This document shows positions 10,392 to 26,864 of a DNA stretch of 64,000 bases, one piece after another. Within the stretch, counting starts at the first letter, position 1, and each line of letters starts with the position of its first letter. Location: assembly GCA_046597055.1 (NCBI GenBank), contig JBKJLC010000283.1:25180-89179 (forward strand). Reading direction: 5' to 3'. The notes beneath the pieces are model-generated. The model had not been told where the DNA came from. It was given only the letters and a program-made list of their open reading frames with translations, and did not search any database. The position numbers and the translations under genes were made by a program. Source of the DNA: Kofleriaceae bacterium (lineage in GTDB: Bacteria; Myxococcota_A; Polyangia; Haliangiales; Haliangiaceae).

Positions 10392-11075
10392 TCAGTGCGC
10401 GGGCGCGCGGATCACCGGGGCGGCGACCTCGACCGGCGCCGGGCTCTCCCACGCCTGCGTCACGTTCTTCATCTGCGTGTAGACGAGCAGGCCGTCGGTG
10501 TTGCTCTCGCCGTGCGGCGACGAGTTCTGCCACTGGCCCTTCACAAGGACCTCGTCGCCGACCTTGTACGGCGGCACCGCCGGCCACGCCTCGATCTCCT
10601 CCTTCGGGAGGCGCTCCTTCTCGATCTTGGTGTACGGCCGCGGGACCTCGACCACCCAGGCCGCGCGCTCGACCGGGGTGTCGGGCGCGTCGCCGATGTA
10701 GAACGCCGGGCGCCGGCACAGGGTCGGGTTCTCCTCGATCCGCTTCTTCACCGCGTCGTCGGCCTCGTCGGGCTGGCGGATCGCGGTGACGCAGTCATAG
10801 GCCCAGACCACGTAGCCCTTGAGCGCGACGTCCTTCTTGAGGTACCGGTGGCCCTGGACCCGCATCTCCTTCACGGAGTGCGAGTCGTCGGCGTTGGGCT
10901 TGGGCACATCGAACGACGGCACCGAGGGCATCGTCACCTTGATCGTGTGCGGCTTGACCTCGGCCTGGGCACCCTTGAGCTGGTCGCCCTTGCAGGCTCC
11001 CAGCACCGCTGGCAGGATGACGAGCCCGCCGAGGAGCGCGGAGCCAATCGAGTCGACCGAGCGCGGCTTTCGCAT
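10392..11075 (-). CDS. Hypothetical lipoprotein
   Basis: Lipobox VLGAC, typical codon usage, and TGtTATGAC 6 nt upstream of the ATG. Confidence 0.8.
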   Translation of the reverse strand: MRKPRSVDSIGSALLGGLVILPAVLGACKGDQLKGAQAEVKPHTIKVTMPSVPSFDVPKPNADDSHSVKEMRVQGHRYLKKDVALKGYVVWAYDCVTAIRQPDEADDAVKKRIEENPTLCRRPAFYIGDAPDTPVERAAWVVEVPRPYTKIEKERLPKEEIEAWPAVPPYKVGDEVLVKGQWQNSSPHGESNTDGLLVYTQMKNVTQAWESPAPVEVAAPVIRAPAH

Positions 11076-11089
11076 GGCGCGGTCATAAC

Positions 11090-12784
11090 ATGAGCAATCT
11101 GGCCTCTCAAGCGACCGCGCTCGCCGCTCTCTCCGTGCTGGCGATCATGGCGGCTGCGTGTGACGGCACGCCGCCGCGCGTCAAACCGTGGCGGCACGCG
11201 CCCGACCCCAAGGCGGTCGCGGCCGGCGCACCCCGATCGACCGCGCTGGTGGAGCAGGAGGACGACCTCGCCGTCCGCGCGCGCCGCGGCCACACGCTGC
11301 GCGTCCACCTCGACACCGAGCCACGCGGCCTGCACCCGCTGCTGTCGCCGTCGCGCTGGAGCCGTCGCATCATGCTCGGCACCGTGTTCGAGCCGCTGGT
11401 GCACTACGCGCCGCCCGAGGGCGGCGCCGGCGCCGGCCTGGGCGGGTATCAACCGGGGCTGGCGCGGTCCTGGCGCATCCAGCTCCAGGGCCACGAGATC
11501 ATCATCGAGCTGGATCCCCAGGCCCGGTTCTCCGACGGACGCGCGGTCACCTCGGTCGACGTCCAGTTCACGCTCGACAGCTGCCGGCGGCTCGAGCGGC
11601 TGCGCGGGACGCTCGCCAGCATCGAGGCGGTCGAGCTGGTCACCGCGCGCACCCTGCGCATCCGCCTGCGCCAGCCCGACGGCTGGATCCTGCGCGCGCT
11701 CGCCGAGATCCCGATCCTGCCCTACGCGGTCTACGGCGAGGCCCTCGACGGCAACGGCAAGCTGATCGGCTCGGGGCCGTACCGGCTGGCCGGTCGCGAC
11801 GACGGCGTGGTGCACCTGACCCGCCGCGACGACTATCCGGGGACCCAGCCCGCGATCGCGGATCTCGAGTTCGTCTACCAGCCCGACGCGGCGCTGGCGC
11901 TCATGGCAGCCAAGCGCGGCGAGATCGACGTGGTGCCAGCGCTGATCGCCGAGCACTGGCCCGAGCAGGCGTCCGCGCCGGGGCTGGCCTCATCGTTCGT
12001 CGCGATCGAGCTGCGGCCCCCGAGCTTCCGCTACATGCTGTTCGCGGCGACCACGCCGCCGACCGACGACGTGCGGGTCCGCAAGGCGCTGTCGCTCCTG
12101 ATCGATCGCAAGCGGCTGGCCCAGGAGGTCGGCGATGGCTTGACCCGTCCGGTGGTCGGCCCGATCTGGCCGGGTGGGCCCGGCGACGGCCCGGCCCCGG
12201 CCCCGCCCGATCTCGATCCGGGCGCGGCCGGTCGCATGTTCGACGAGGCCGGCTGGGTCGACGCCGACGGCGACGGCGTGCGCGAAAAAGCCGGCGCCAA
12301 GCTGCGGCTCGAGGTGCTGGTCGTCGAGCGCGAGGATGGCAAGCCGCACCCCGAGCAGCAGCGCATCCTCGACTCGCTGCGCCGGGCCGGGATCGGCCTC
12401 GACGTGCGCGCCGGCACCGAGGCCGTGCTGCGCCTGCGCCTGCGCGATCGCGAGTTCAACCTGGCCTTCCTCGAGTGGTCGGGCGCCGTCGACAGCAACC
12501 TCGAGCCGCTGGTCGGGACCGGCGGCGAGGACAACCTCGGCGGGTTCTCGTCGCGTCGGGTCGATCGCGCGCTGGCGGCGCTGCGCACCGTGTGGGAGCC
12601 GGCGTCGCGCGGGCCGCTGATGGGCGAGCTCGCGGCCGCGCTGGCCGACGAGCTGCCGCTGACCGGCATCGTCGCGCTGGCACCGCAGGGCCTGATCCAC
12701 CGCCGGGTCGCCGGCGCGGTGCCGTGGGACGGCTGGCTCGACCTGCGCACGCTGGCGCTGCGGCCCGACGCGGTTGCACCATAG
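11090..12784 (+). CDS. Peptide/nickel ABC substrate-binding lipoprotein (family 5)
   Basis: Lipobox MAAAC, EPRGLHP, RFSDGRAVTSVDVQFT, IGSGPY, DVRVRKALSLLIDR and AGWVDADGDG motifs. Confidence 0.9.
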   Translation: MSNLASQATALAALSVLAIMAAACDGTPPRVKPWRHAPDPKAVAAGAPRSTALVEQEDDLAVRARRGHTLRVHLDTEPRGLHPLLSPSRWSRRIMLGTVFEPLVHYAPPEGGAGAGLGGYQPGLARSWRIQLQGHEIIIELDPQARFSDGRAVTSVDVQFTLDSCRRLERLRGTLASIEAVELVTARTLRIRLRQPDGWILRALAEIPILPYAVYGEALDGNGKLIGSGPYRLAGRDDGVVHLTRRDDYPGTQPAIADLEFVYQPDAALALMAAKRGEIDVVPALIAEHWPEQASAPGLASSFVAIELRPPSFRYMLFAATTPPTDDVRVRKALSLLIDRKRLAQEVGDGLTRPVVGPIWPGGPGDGPAPAPPDLDPGAAGRMFDEAGWVDADGDGVREKAGAKLRLEVLVVEREDGKPHPEQQRILDSLRRAGIGLDVRAGTEAVLRLRLRDREFNLAFLEWSGAVDSNLEPLVGTGGEDNLGGFSSRRVDRALAALRTVWEPASRGPLMGELAAALADELPLTGIVALAPQGLIHRRVAGAVPWDGWLDLRTLALRPDAVAP

Positions 12785-12799
12785 ATGTAAGCTGGCCCG

Positions 12800-14374
12800 G
12801 TGAGGCCGCGCGTCGCCGTGCTCGCGCTCGTCGCGCTCGCCGCCTGCTTCGAGCGGGGCGGCAAGCGCCCGGCCGGGCGTGACGCCGACGTCGCGGCGGT
12901 CGCCGCCGGCGCCGGCGGTGATCCGGGCTGGCTCGTGCAAGCGCCCGCGGGCCCGGCCGATCCGGCCGCGACCATCACCATCGCGCTCGAGGCCGAGCCG
13001 GTGTCGCTCGATCCGTTCACCGCCGGCGACGCGATCGCGACCCGGGTCCTCGCCGACGTGTACGAGGGGCTGCTGTGTCCGGACGCCGGCGGGGCCCCGG
13101 CGCCGTGCCTGGCCGCGCGCCACGAGGTGTCCGCCGACCGGACGGTGTGGCGGTTCTGGCTACGGGCGGGCGTGCGCTTCCACGACGGGCGCGAGGTCAC
13201 GGTCGCCGACGTGATCGCCAGCGTGCGGGCGCCCGGGCAGGGCGCCGCCGCGCGTGGGCCGCTGGCCGCGGTCCTCGACGAGCTGGTCGCGATCGACAGC
13301 CCGGCCCCCGGCGAGCTGGTGCTGCGGTTCGCCCGGGCCCGGGTCGGCCGCGACCGCGACCTCATGCTGGTGCCGGTCGCGCCGGCCGCGCGGCTCGCCG
13401 CCGGCGATCTGGCGCGGGCGCCGGTCGGCACCGGTCCCCTGCGCGTGGTCGGGTGGCAGCCCGGGGTCGCGATCGAGCTAACCCGCTGGGACGGCTACCG
13501 GGGCCCGCCGGCGGCGGCGGCGCGGGTGCGCTACCGCCCCACCGCCGACCGCGCCGAGGCGTTGCGGCTGATCGCAGCCGGCGAGGTCGACGTCGCGGTC
13601 CAGATCCCGATCGCGGAGGCGACCGCGTTCACCAGCGCGCATCGCGGGGTGGTCCGCTTCCGTTACGAGCTGCCCGCGTTCCTGGCCGCGGTGTACCAGA
13701 CCCGGCGACCGGCGCTGGCGTCGCCGGCGGTGCGGCGCGGGCTGACCGCGCTGCTCGATCGGCCCGGCCTGGCCACCGCGATCCTGGGCGGGGCCCGCTT
13801 GACCAGCGGGCCGTGGCCGCCCGGCGATCCGTTCGCCGATCCGGGGGTGGCGCCGATCGCCTTCGATCGCGGGCTGGCGGCGGGCCTGCTCGGCGCGGCC
13901 CGGCCGGCGGCCGAGCTGCTGGTGCCGCAGGGCTCGACCACGACCGCGCGGATCGCCGACGTGTGGGCGGCCGACGCCCGCGGCCTGGCCACCCTGACCG
14001 TGCGCGCGGTGCCGTACCCCGACTTCCTGGCCCGCCTGCAGGCGCGCGACTTCGACATCGCGCTGACCTCGATGTCCGGTGGACCGGACGTCGACCTGTG
14101 GTCGCGGCTGGCGTCCGACGCGCCGGCGGCCGAGGCCTGGCCCGGGCTCGCCGACCCGGCGCTCGATCACGCGCTGTCCGAGTTCCGGACCGAGGGCGAT
14201 CCGGCCGGGCGCCGCGCGCTGGCCCGCGCGATCCACCGCCGGCTCGACCAGCTGCAGCCGTTCGCGTTCATCGCGGTCGACACCCGGGCCGGGGTCGCGC
14301 GCGCCGGGATCGGCGGCCTGCGCGGCGATGGCCTGGCCCCGCCGCGCGCGCGCGGGATCTGGAAGGCGCGGTGA
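12800..14374 (+). CDS. Second peptide ABC substrate-binding lipoprotein (family 5)
   Basis: Lipobox ALAAC, EPVSLDP, RFHDGREVTVADV and PVGTGP motifs. Confidence 0.88.
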   Translation: MRPRVAVLALVALAACFERGGKRPAGRDADVAAVAAGAGGDPGWLVQAPAGPADPAATITIALEAEPVSLDPFTAGDAIATRVLADVYEGLLCPDAGGAPAPCLAARHEVSADRTVWRFWLRAGVRFHDGREVTVADVIASVRAPGQGAAARGPLAAVLDELVAIDSPAPGELVLRFARARVGRDRDLMLVPVAPAARLAAGDLARAPVGTGPLRVVGWQPGVAIELTRWDGYRGPPAAAARVRYRPTADRAEALRLIAAGEVDVAVQIPIAEATAFTSAHRGVVRFRYELPAFLAAVYQTRRPALASPAVRRGLTALLDRPGLATAILGGARLTSGPWPPGDPFADPGVAPIAFDRGLAAGLLGAARPAAELLVPQGSTTTARIADVWAADARGLATLTVRAVPYPDFLARLQARDFDIALTSMSGGPDVDLWSRLASDAPAAEAWPGLADPALDHALSEFRTEGDPAGRRALARAIHRRLDQLQPFAFIAVDTRAGVARAGIGGLRGDGLAPPRARGIWKAR

Positions 14375-15294
14375 TCGGCCTGGCCCGGCTGGTCGCCCGG
14401 GTCGCGCTGGCCTGGGTGCTCACCTACCTGCTGGCGTCGGCGCTGGCCGAGCTCGGGCGCGCGCCGCCGGCCGAGCGCGCGGCGCGGGCCGGGGCCCGGC
14501 TGCCGCCTGACGACGCCCGCGATCCAGCGGTGCGACGCGCGATGATCGAGGCGGCCGCGCGCGAGCACGAGCTGGGTGGCGGGCCGGTCGACCGCCTGGT
14601 CACCTCCGCCCGGCGCGCGGTCACCCTCGAGCTCGGCCACGCGTGGCGTGACCGCCGGCCGGTCGCCACCGTGATCGGGCCCGGCCTCGTCGCCACCGCG
14701 GCCCGGGGCGCGCTGGCGCTGGTGCTCGCGCTCGGGCTCGGCGCGGCCGCCGGCCTGGCCGCGGTGGCCCGACCCGGGGTGGTCGGGGCCGGGCTGGGGG
14801 CGCTCACCGCGGTCGCGCTGGCGACCCCGACCTTGTGGCTGTGTCAGCTCGCGCTGGCCGGCCTGGCGCCGGGGCCGAGCGGCGCCCGCGCGCTCGCGGT
14901 GCTGATCCTCGCCGCGGCCCCGGCCGCCGTGATCGCGGCCCACGTGCGCGCGGCCGCCGGCGAGGTGCTGGCCTCGCCGCTGGCCGCCGCGATCACCGCG
15001 CGGGGCGCCGGACCTGGCCGCCTGGTGTGGATCCACGGCGCCCGGCTGACCCTGCCGAGGCTGGCGCCGCTGGTGGCGTCGACGATCGGCTTCATCCTCG
15101 GCGCGTCGGCGGTGGTCGAGCGCGCGCTGGCGCTGCCCGGCGCCGGTCGCCTGCTCACCGAAGCCGCCGCCGCCGGCGACGTGCCGGTGGTCGCCGCGCT
15201 GGCGGCGCTGACCGCGGCCACCGTCGCGGCCGGGGCCGGGCTCGCGGCCGTGGCGGCGCGGCGCGCCGATCCGCGCCTGCGCGAGGTCGGGTGA
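14371..15294 (+). CDS. Peptide ABC permease (DppB/OppB-like)
   Basis: GTGA overlap, hydrophobic segments, GASAVVERALALPGAG and C-terminal ADPRLR. Confidence 0.8.
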   Translation: MIGLARLVARVALAWVLTYLLASALAELGRAPPAERAARAGARLPPDDARDPAVRRAMIEAAAREHELGGGPVDRLVTSARRAVTLELGHAWRDRRPVATVIGPGLVATAARGALALVLALGLGAAAGLAAVARPGVVGAGLGALTAVALATPTLWLCQLALAGLAPGPSGARALAVLILAAAPAAVIAAHVRAAAGEVLASPLAAAITARGAGPGRLVWIHGARLTLPRLAPLVASTIGFILGASAVVERALALPGAGRLLTEAAAAGDVPVVAALAALTAATVAAGAGLAAVAARRADPRLREVG

Positions 15295-16205
15295 GCCGGG
15301 CGACCTGGCGGCTCGCGCTGGCCTGGCTCGGGCTGGTGCTCGCGCTCGGGCTCGGCGCCGACTGCGTGGCGGCGGCGCGGCCGCTGGTGGTCGAGCAGGG
15401 CGGCCAGCGGACCTGGTTCGCCAACCTGCGCGGCACCGGCCCGGCCGGCGACGCGCTGCGCGCGCGGCTGGGACCGGCGGACTGGGCGCTGTGGCCGCCG
15501 ATCGCGGCCGATCCGATCGATGTCCGGTCGACCGGACAGCTCGCGCCGCTGGCGCCGCCGTCGGCCGCGCACCGGCTCGGCACCGACGACCGCGGCCGCG
15601 ACGTGGCCGCGCGCCTGGTCCACGGCGCCCGCACCAGCCTGGTCACCGCCACGGTGGCGGCCGGCCTCGCGCTGGTCCTCGCGCTGGTCCTCGGGTTGAT
15701 CGCGGTCCGCGCCGGCGGCGTGGTCCTGTCCGCGATCAGCGCCGGGGCCGACGTGCTCGCCACCGCGCCGGCCGTGCTCGGCGCGATCGCGGTCCAGGGG
15801 CTCACCGGCGCCCGCGGCCTCGGCGCGCTTGCGCTGCTGGTGGCGGTCCCGCGGGGCGCCGACACCGCGCGGCTGGTGATCGCCAGCTTGCGCGCGACCC
15901 TGGCCGAGCCCTACGCCGACGCCGCGCGTGCGATCGGCGCGTCGCCGCTCCGGGTCCTGATCCGGCACGCGCTCCCGCACGCGCTGCCGGTGCTCGCCGC
16001 CGCCACCGCGATCACCGCCGCCACCGCGATCCTGGCCGAGGCCGCGCTGACCTTCCTCGGTCTGGGCGCGCCGCCGCCGACGCCATCGTGGGGCGAGCTC
16101 CTGGCCCAGGCCTCGCAACACGAGCTGCGCGCCTGGCTGTCAATCCCGGCCGGCGTCGCGGTCACGCTCACGACCGCCGCGCTGCTCCGCCTCGCGCGGC
16201 GCTGA
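15291..16205 (+). CDS. Peptide ABC permease (DppC/OppC-like)
   Basis: HRLGTDDRGRDV, EAA loop YADAARAIGAS, EAALTFLGLG and PSWG motifs. GTGA overlap. Confidence 0.88.
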   Translation: MSRATWRLALAWLGLVLALGLGADCVAAARPLVVEQGGQRTWFANLRGTGPAGDALRARLGPADWALWPPIAADPIDVRSTGQLAPLAPPSAAHRLGTDDRGRDVAARLVHGARTSLVTATVAAGLALVLALVLGLIAVRAGGVVLSAISAGADVLATAPAVLGAIAVQGLTGARGLGALALLVAVPRGADTARLVIASLRATLAEPYADAARAIGASPLRVLIRHALPHALPVLAAATAITAATAILAEAALTFLGLGAPPPTPSWGELLAQASQHELRAWLSIPAGVAVTLTTAALLRLARR

Positions 16206-16229
16206 CGCGTGCGGCGGGGCTCGGCCCGG

Positions 16230-16589
16230 CTAGGCTTGGACGAGCGTCTTGAAGCCGCCGTAGATCATGCGCTTGGCGTCGAACGGCATGTGCTTGGGAT
16301 CCATCATGGTGGCCAGGCGCGGGTCGGCCATGACCCGCTTGTTGATGCGATTGCGGTCCGCCTTCGACCGGTAGACGATGTACGCGAACACCACGGTCTC
16401 GTCGGGCTTCAGCTTCACGCTCTGCGGAAACGAGGTGGTCTTGCCGGGCTTGACGTCGTCGGCGACGTACTCGACGTAATCGAGCGCGCCGTGCTCGCGC
16501 CAGACCTTGCCGGCCTTGCGGGACATCTTGCGATAGGCGGCCAGGTTCTTCTTGGGGACGGGCACCACGAATCCATCGACGTAGCTCAT
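16230..16589 (-). CDS. ybaA: DUF1428 family protein (YbaA-like)
   Basis: MSYVDGFVVPVP...TSFPQSVKLKPDETVVF...MPFDAKRMIYGGF, with an AGGAG RBS upstream. Confidence 0.92.
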   Translation of the reverse strand: MSYVDGFVVPVPKKNLAAYRKMSRKAGKVWREHGALDYVEYVADDVKPGKTTSFPQSVKLKPDETVVFAYIVYRSKADRNRINKRVMADPRLATMMDPKHMPFDAKRMIYGGFKTLVQA

Positions 16590-16744
16590 CTCGGCTCTCC
16601 TCTGGGCGTTGCAGGCGACCGGCGCCGCGCCAGCCGGTCGGTCGACGGTCCCGATCGGCGCGGGCCTCGTCGGGCAGCCTAACCGCGCGGGGGTGGGGCG
16701 ACAACCGCCGGCGCCGCGCGACGCGAGCACGGGATCGCCCCAGG

Positions 16745-17170
16745 TCACGGGCGCGGCGGCGGCGGGAGCTGGCGGCGCGCGGCGGAGGCGACCACGAAGC
16801 CGGGTGTGGACATCGTCAGCATGCGGGACGGATTCACCACGCCCTGGTCGCGGGCCCACTGCTCGGCAGCGAGGATCAGCGCCGCGCCCTCGGCGGTGTC
16901 GAGCAGCTGACCGAGCCGCCCGCGTGCGGCCTCGGTGAACCGGCGCATCGGGCCGGCGCGGACCGCGGCGACCACACCGCCCTCGTCCTCGTGGCGATGG
17001 GTGACCCGCAGCAGCAGCGGCTCGGGCGCGTGGACCACGACCACGCGATGGACCTCGCCGACCCCGCCGGCGCCGAGCCGGCCGCGGACCTCGAAGCGGT
17101 CGGCGCCCGCTGGCGTGGCGTCATCGATCGCCTCCGACCGGATCTCCTTCTTCCCGCCGGTCGAGACCAT
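16745..17170 (-). pseudogene. Internally deleted, still in-frame remnant of a kinase-AAA-TPR gene (141 aa)
   Basis: The kinase N-terminus (DRFEVRGRLGAGGVGEVHRV) is joined to a post-Walker-B segment (VHAPEPLLL..THRHED) and a family-type C-terminal helix. The first two segments closely match the neighbouring kinases at DNA level. Confidence 0.75.
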
Positions 17171-17330
17171 CCCGGAGTATGCGGGCATCGACGAAGACGA
17201 CCCGCCGCCGGGGGGCTGGCCACGGGTAGCGCCCGGCATGCCCCCGGCGGTCCTCCCAACGCTTGCGTGTACGTGTGCCGGGCAGGTCGCCCCCGGCCGC
17301 GTCGCCGCGGTCGGCTTCGTGCTCGAGCGA

Positions 17331-21082
<3,752 letters not shown>

Positions 21083-21086
<4 letters not shown>

Positions 21087-21121
21087 CGGTTGCCCCCGTT
21101 CGACGTCATCCGACGATTATG
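21083..21121 (-). promoter_or_regulatory. Putative -10 (CATAAT) plus leaderless 8-codon uORF MTSNGGNR* overlapping the kinase GTG
   Basis: CATAAT at 21121-21116, 6-nt spacer, ATG 21109, TGA 21085-21083 overlapping GTG 21086-21084. Confidence 0.55.
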
Positions 21122-21269
21122 CGGCCCGGCGTCGGCCGAGCAAGCGCCCGGCCCGCCCAACCGCAGCCGGCAGCCGGCGCCGGCTGCGACATGGGCGTAC
21201 CTCCCGCGGGTGCGCGCGCACACGCGCTCATGACCCTACCCACCGCGGCGGCCCGCGCCCGCGCCCCAG

Positions 21270-25072
<3,803 letters not shown>

Positions 25073-25076
<4 letters not shown>

Positions 25077-25111
25077 CCGGCTCCGGTGGTCGAGGACATC
25101 GTCACATTATG
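25073..25111 (-). promoter_or_regulatory. Putative -10 (CATAAT) plus leaderless 8-codon uORF MSSTTGAG* overlapping the kinase GTG
   Basis: CATAAT at 25111-25106, 6-nt spacer, ATG 25099, TGA 25075-25073 overlapping GTG 25076-25074. Confidence 0.55.
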
Positions 25112-25181
25112 CGGCGGCGCCGGTTCGCGGCAATCTCGGGTGCCCCGAGGGGCCGGGCCGCGGGGTATCGGGCGGGCACGC

Positions 25182-26864
25182 TCAGAAGGGTGATGACACG
25201 ACCGTGCCGTGGAAGCTGGCGCTGACCTCGCCACCGCCGACGAGGGTGATCGCGGCCAGCTCGAGGGAGCCGTCGGTCACCAGCCCGATCAGCGTGTAGG
25301 TGCCGTCCGCGGGCTGGTAGCGGTGGACCCGGCCCTCCACCACGACCCCGTCGACCGGCAGGCGCACGCCCGGGCGGAGCCGCGCGACGTCGGTCTGGAG
25401 GTCGATCACGGCGACGGTGCCGTCGGCCAGCGCCGCGGTGAGCAGGATCCGCGCGCGCGTGGGCGTGGCCGGGATCGATCCGGCCGCGGCGCCGACCGCC
25501 CCGACCACGAGCGGCACGTCGTCGAGCGTCGCCACCAGCACGCCGCTCCCCGCCGCGAACGCGTCGGCGATCGCGGTGCCCCAGCGGGTGTGCAGTCGGC
25601 CGTCGAGGGTGCCGATGCGGTCGAGGCAGGGCGCCTCGCGGGGCGGCGCCGACCACTCTGGCGGGCCGGCGTCCAGCTCGGCGAGGATCGCGGCGCGGCG
25701 ATCGCGCACGAACCCGCGGACCTCGTCGATGCTCGCGGCCAGGCCGCGATCGCCAGCCGGATCGGCGATCGGCGCGATCAGCGCCTCCATGCGAGCGAGC
25801 TCGCGGCCGAGCGCGTCCTCGTCCCAGGCCTGGTCGAGCACGCGGCGCAAGGTCGCGAGGTAGCGATCGCGCGCGGCCGGCAGCCGGGCCAGGCGCCAGG
25901 GTGCGAGCGAGCCGGCGTGGATGGAGACCAGGCCGGTGCCGAACGGGTCGGGGCCCGGCAGGAACGTGCGGTCAGTGCCCCACGGCAGGAGCTGGAAGCG
26001 ATCGCGGGCCGGGTCGTGATAGGCGAAGAAGTTGTTGGCGTTGCCGGCGTAGCCGTCGCGGTGGGTGACCAGCACCTCGACCGCCCAGAACGTGAGGAGC
26101 GGGTCGAGCGCGATCACGGTGTCGACCGCGGCGAGCAGGGCCGGGTCGGGCTGCTCGAGCGCGGCGACCGCGGCGTCGAGATCGCGGCGATCGTCGACGG
26201 TCCGGTTGGTCTCGGCCTCGAACGTCGCGGTCCAGCCGGCCCGGAAGTCGCTGAAGGTGCCCTCGTAGAGGTTGCCGCGATCATCGTCGAAGTGGCGCGC
26301 GACGAAGTCACGATCGATCGCCTCGACGTGCACGTACAGGCCGAGGTCGTCGCCGTTGACCCGGACGTGCGCGAAGTTGCACCGCGGCGCCGGCACGCCG
26401 GCGGCAGCGAACGTCTGGTAGCTCAGGCACTGCCGGACGTACGAGCGATCCTGCTCGGCATTGTTGAGCGTCAGCCCGTCGATCCCGAGCTGGCGGCGGC
26501 CGTCGACGTCGAGCGCGATCTTGAGGCTCGGCTTGGTCGTGCTGAGCGACCCGAGGAACCCCTTCTTGCGCACCCCGGCGCCGGCGACGCGGACCCCGTC
26601 GATGGTGACGATGGCCGGGACGCCGGTGAATGGGCTCGGAAACGGTGCGGCCAGGCAGGCCCCGTAGACCGCGAGCCAGCTGCGGGTCTGTTCGCGCACG
26701 GTGTCCCAGTCGGCCGGCGCCAGCGCGATGTCGACCTCGACCACGTGGGCGGGGTCGAACCGGCGCGCGGCCGGGTCGAGGTCGGGCCCGGACCCCGCGC
26801 CGGGATCGGCCGCGCAGGCGATCATCGCCAGCGCGATCAGCCCGGCGCCGGCGGTGCGGCTCAC
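25182..26864 (-). CDS. cotH: CotH-family kinase lipoprotein
   Basis: Lipobox MIAC, GVRKKG..GS, KPSLK, LTLNN..QD.S, GVPAPR, GNLYEG, DGY...NNF and LLPWG.D motifs. GTG overlaps the upstream TGA. Confidence 0.88.
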   Translation of the reverse strand: MSRTAGAGLIALAMIACAADPGAGSGPDLDPAARRFDPAHVVEVDIALAPADWDTVREQTRSWLAVYGACLAAPFPSPFTGVPAIVTIDGVRVAGAGVRKKGFLGSLSTTKPSLKIALDVDGRRQLGIDGLTLNNAEQDRSYVRQCLSYQTFAAAGVPAPRCNFAHVRVNGDDLGLYVHVEAIDRDFVARHFDDDRGNLYEGTFSDFRAGWTATFEAETNRTVDDRRDLDAAVAALEQPDPALLAAVDTVIALDPLLTFWAVEVLVTHRDGYAGNANNFFAYHDPARDRFQLLPWGTDRTFLPGPDPFGTGLVSIHAGSLAPWRLARLPAARDRYLATLRRVLDQAWDEDALGRELARMEALIAPIADPAGDRGLAASIDEVRGFVRDRRAAILAELDAGPPEWSAPPREAPCLDRIGTLDGRLHTRWGTAIADAFAAGSGVLVATLDDVPLVVGAVGAAAGSIPATPTRARILLTAALADGTVAVIDLQTDVARLRPGVRLPVDGVVVEGRVHRYQPADGTYTLIGLVTDGSLELAAITLVGGGEVSASFHGTVVSSPF

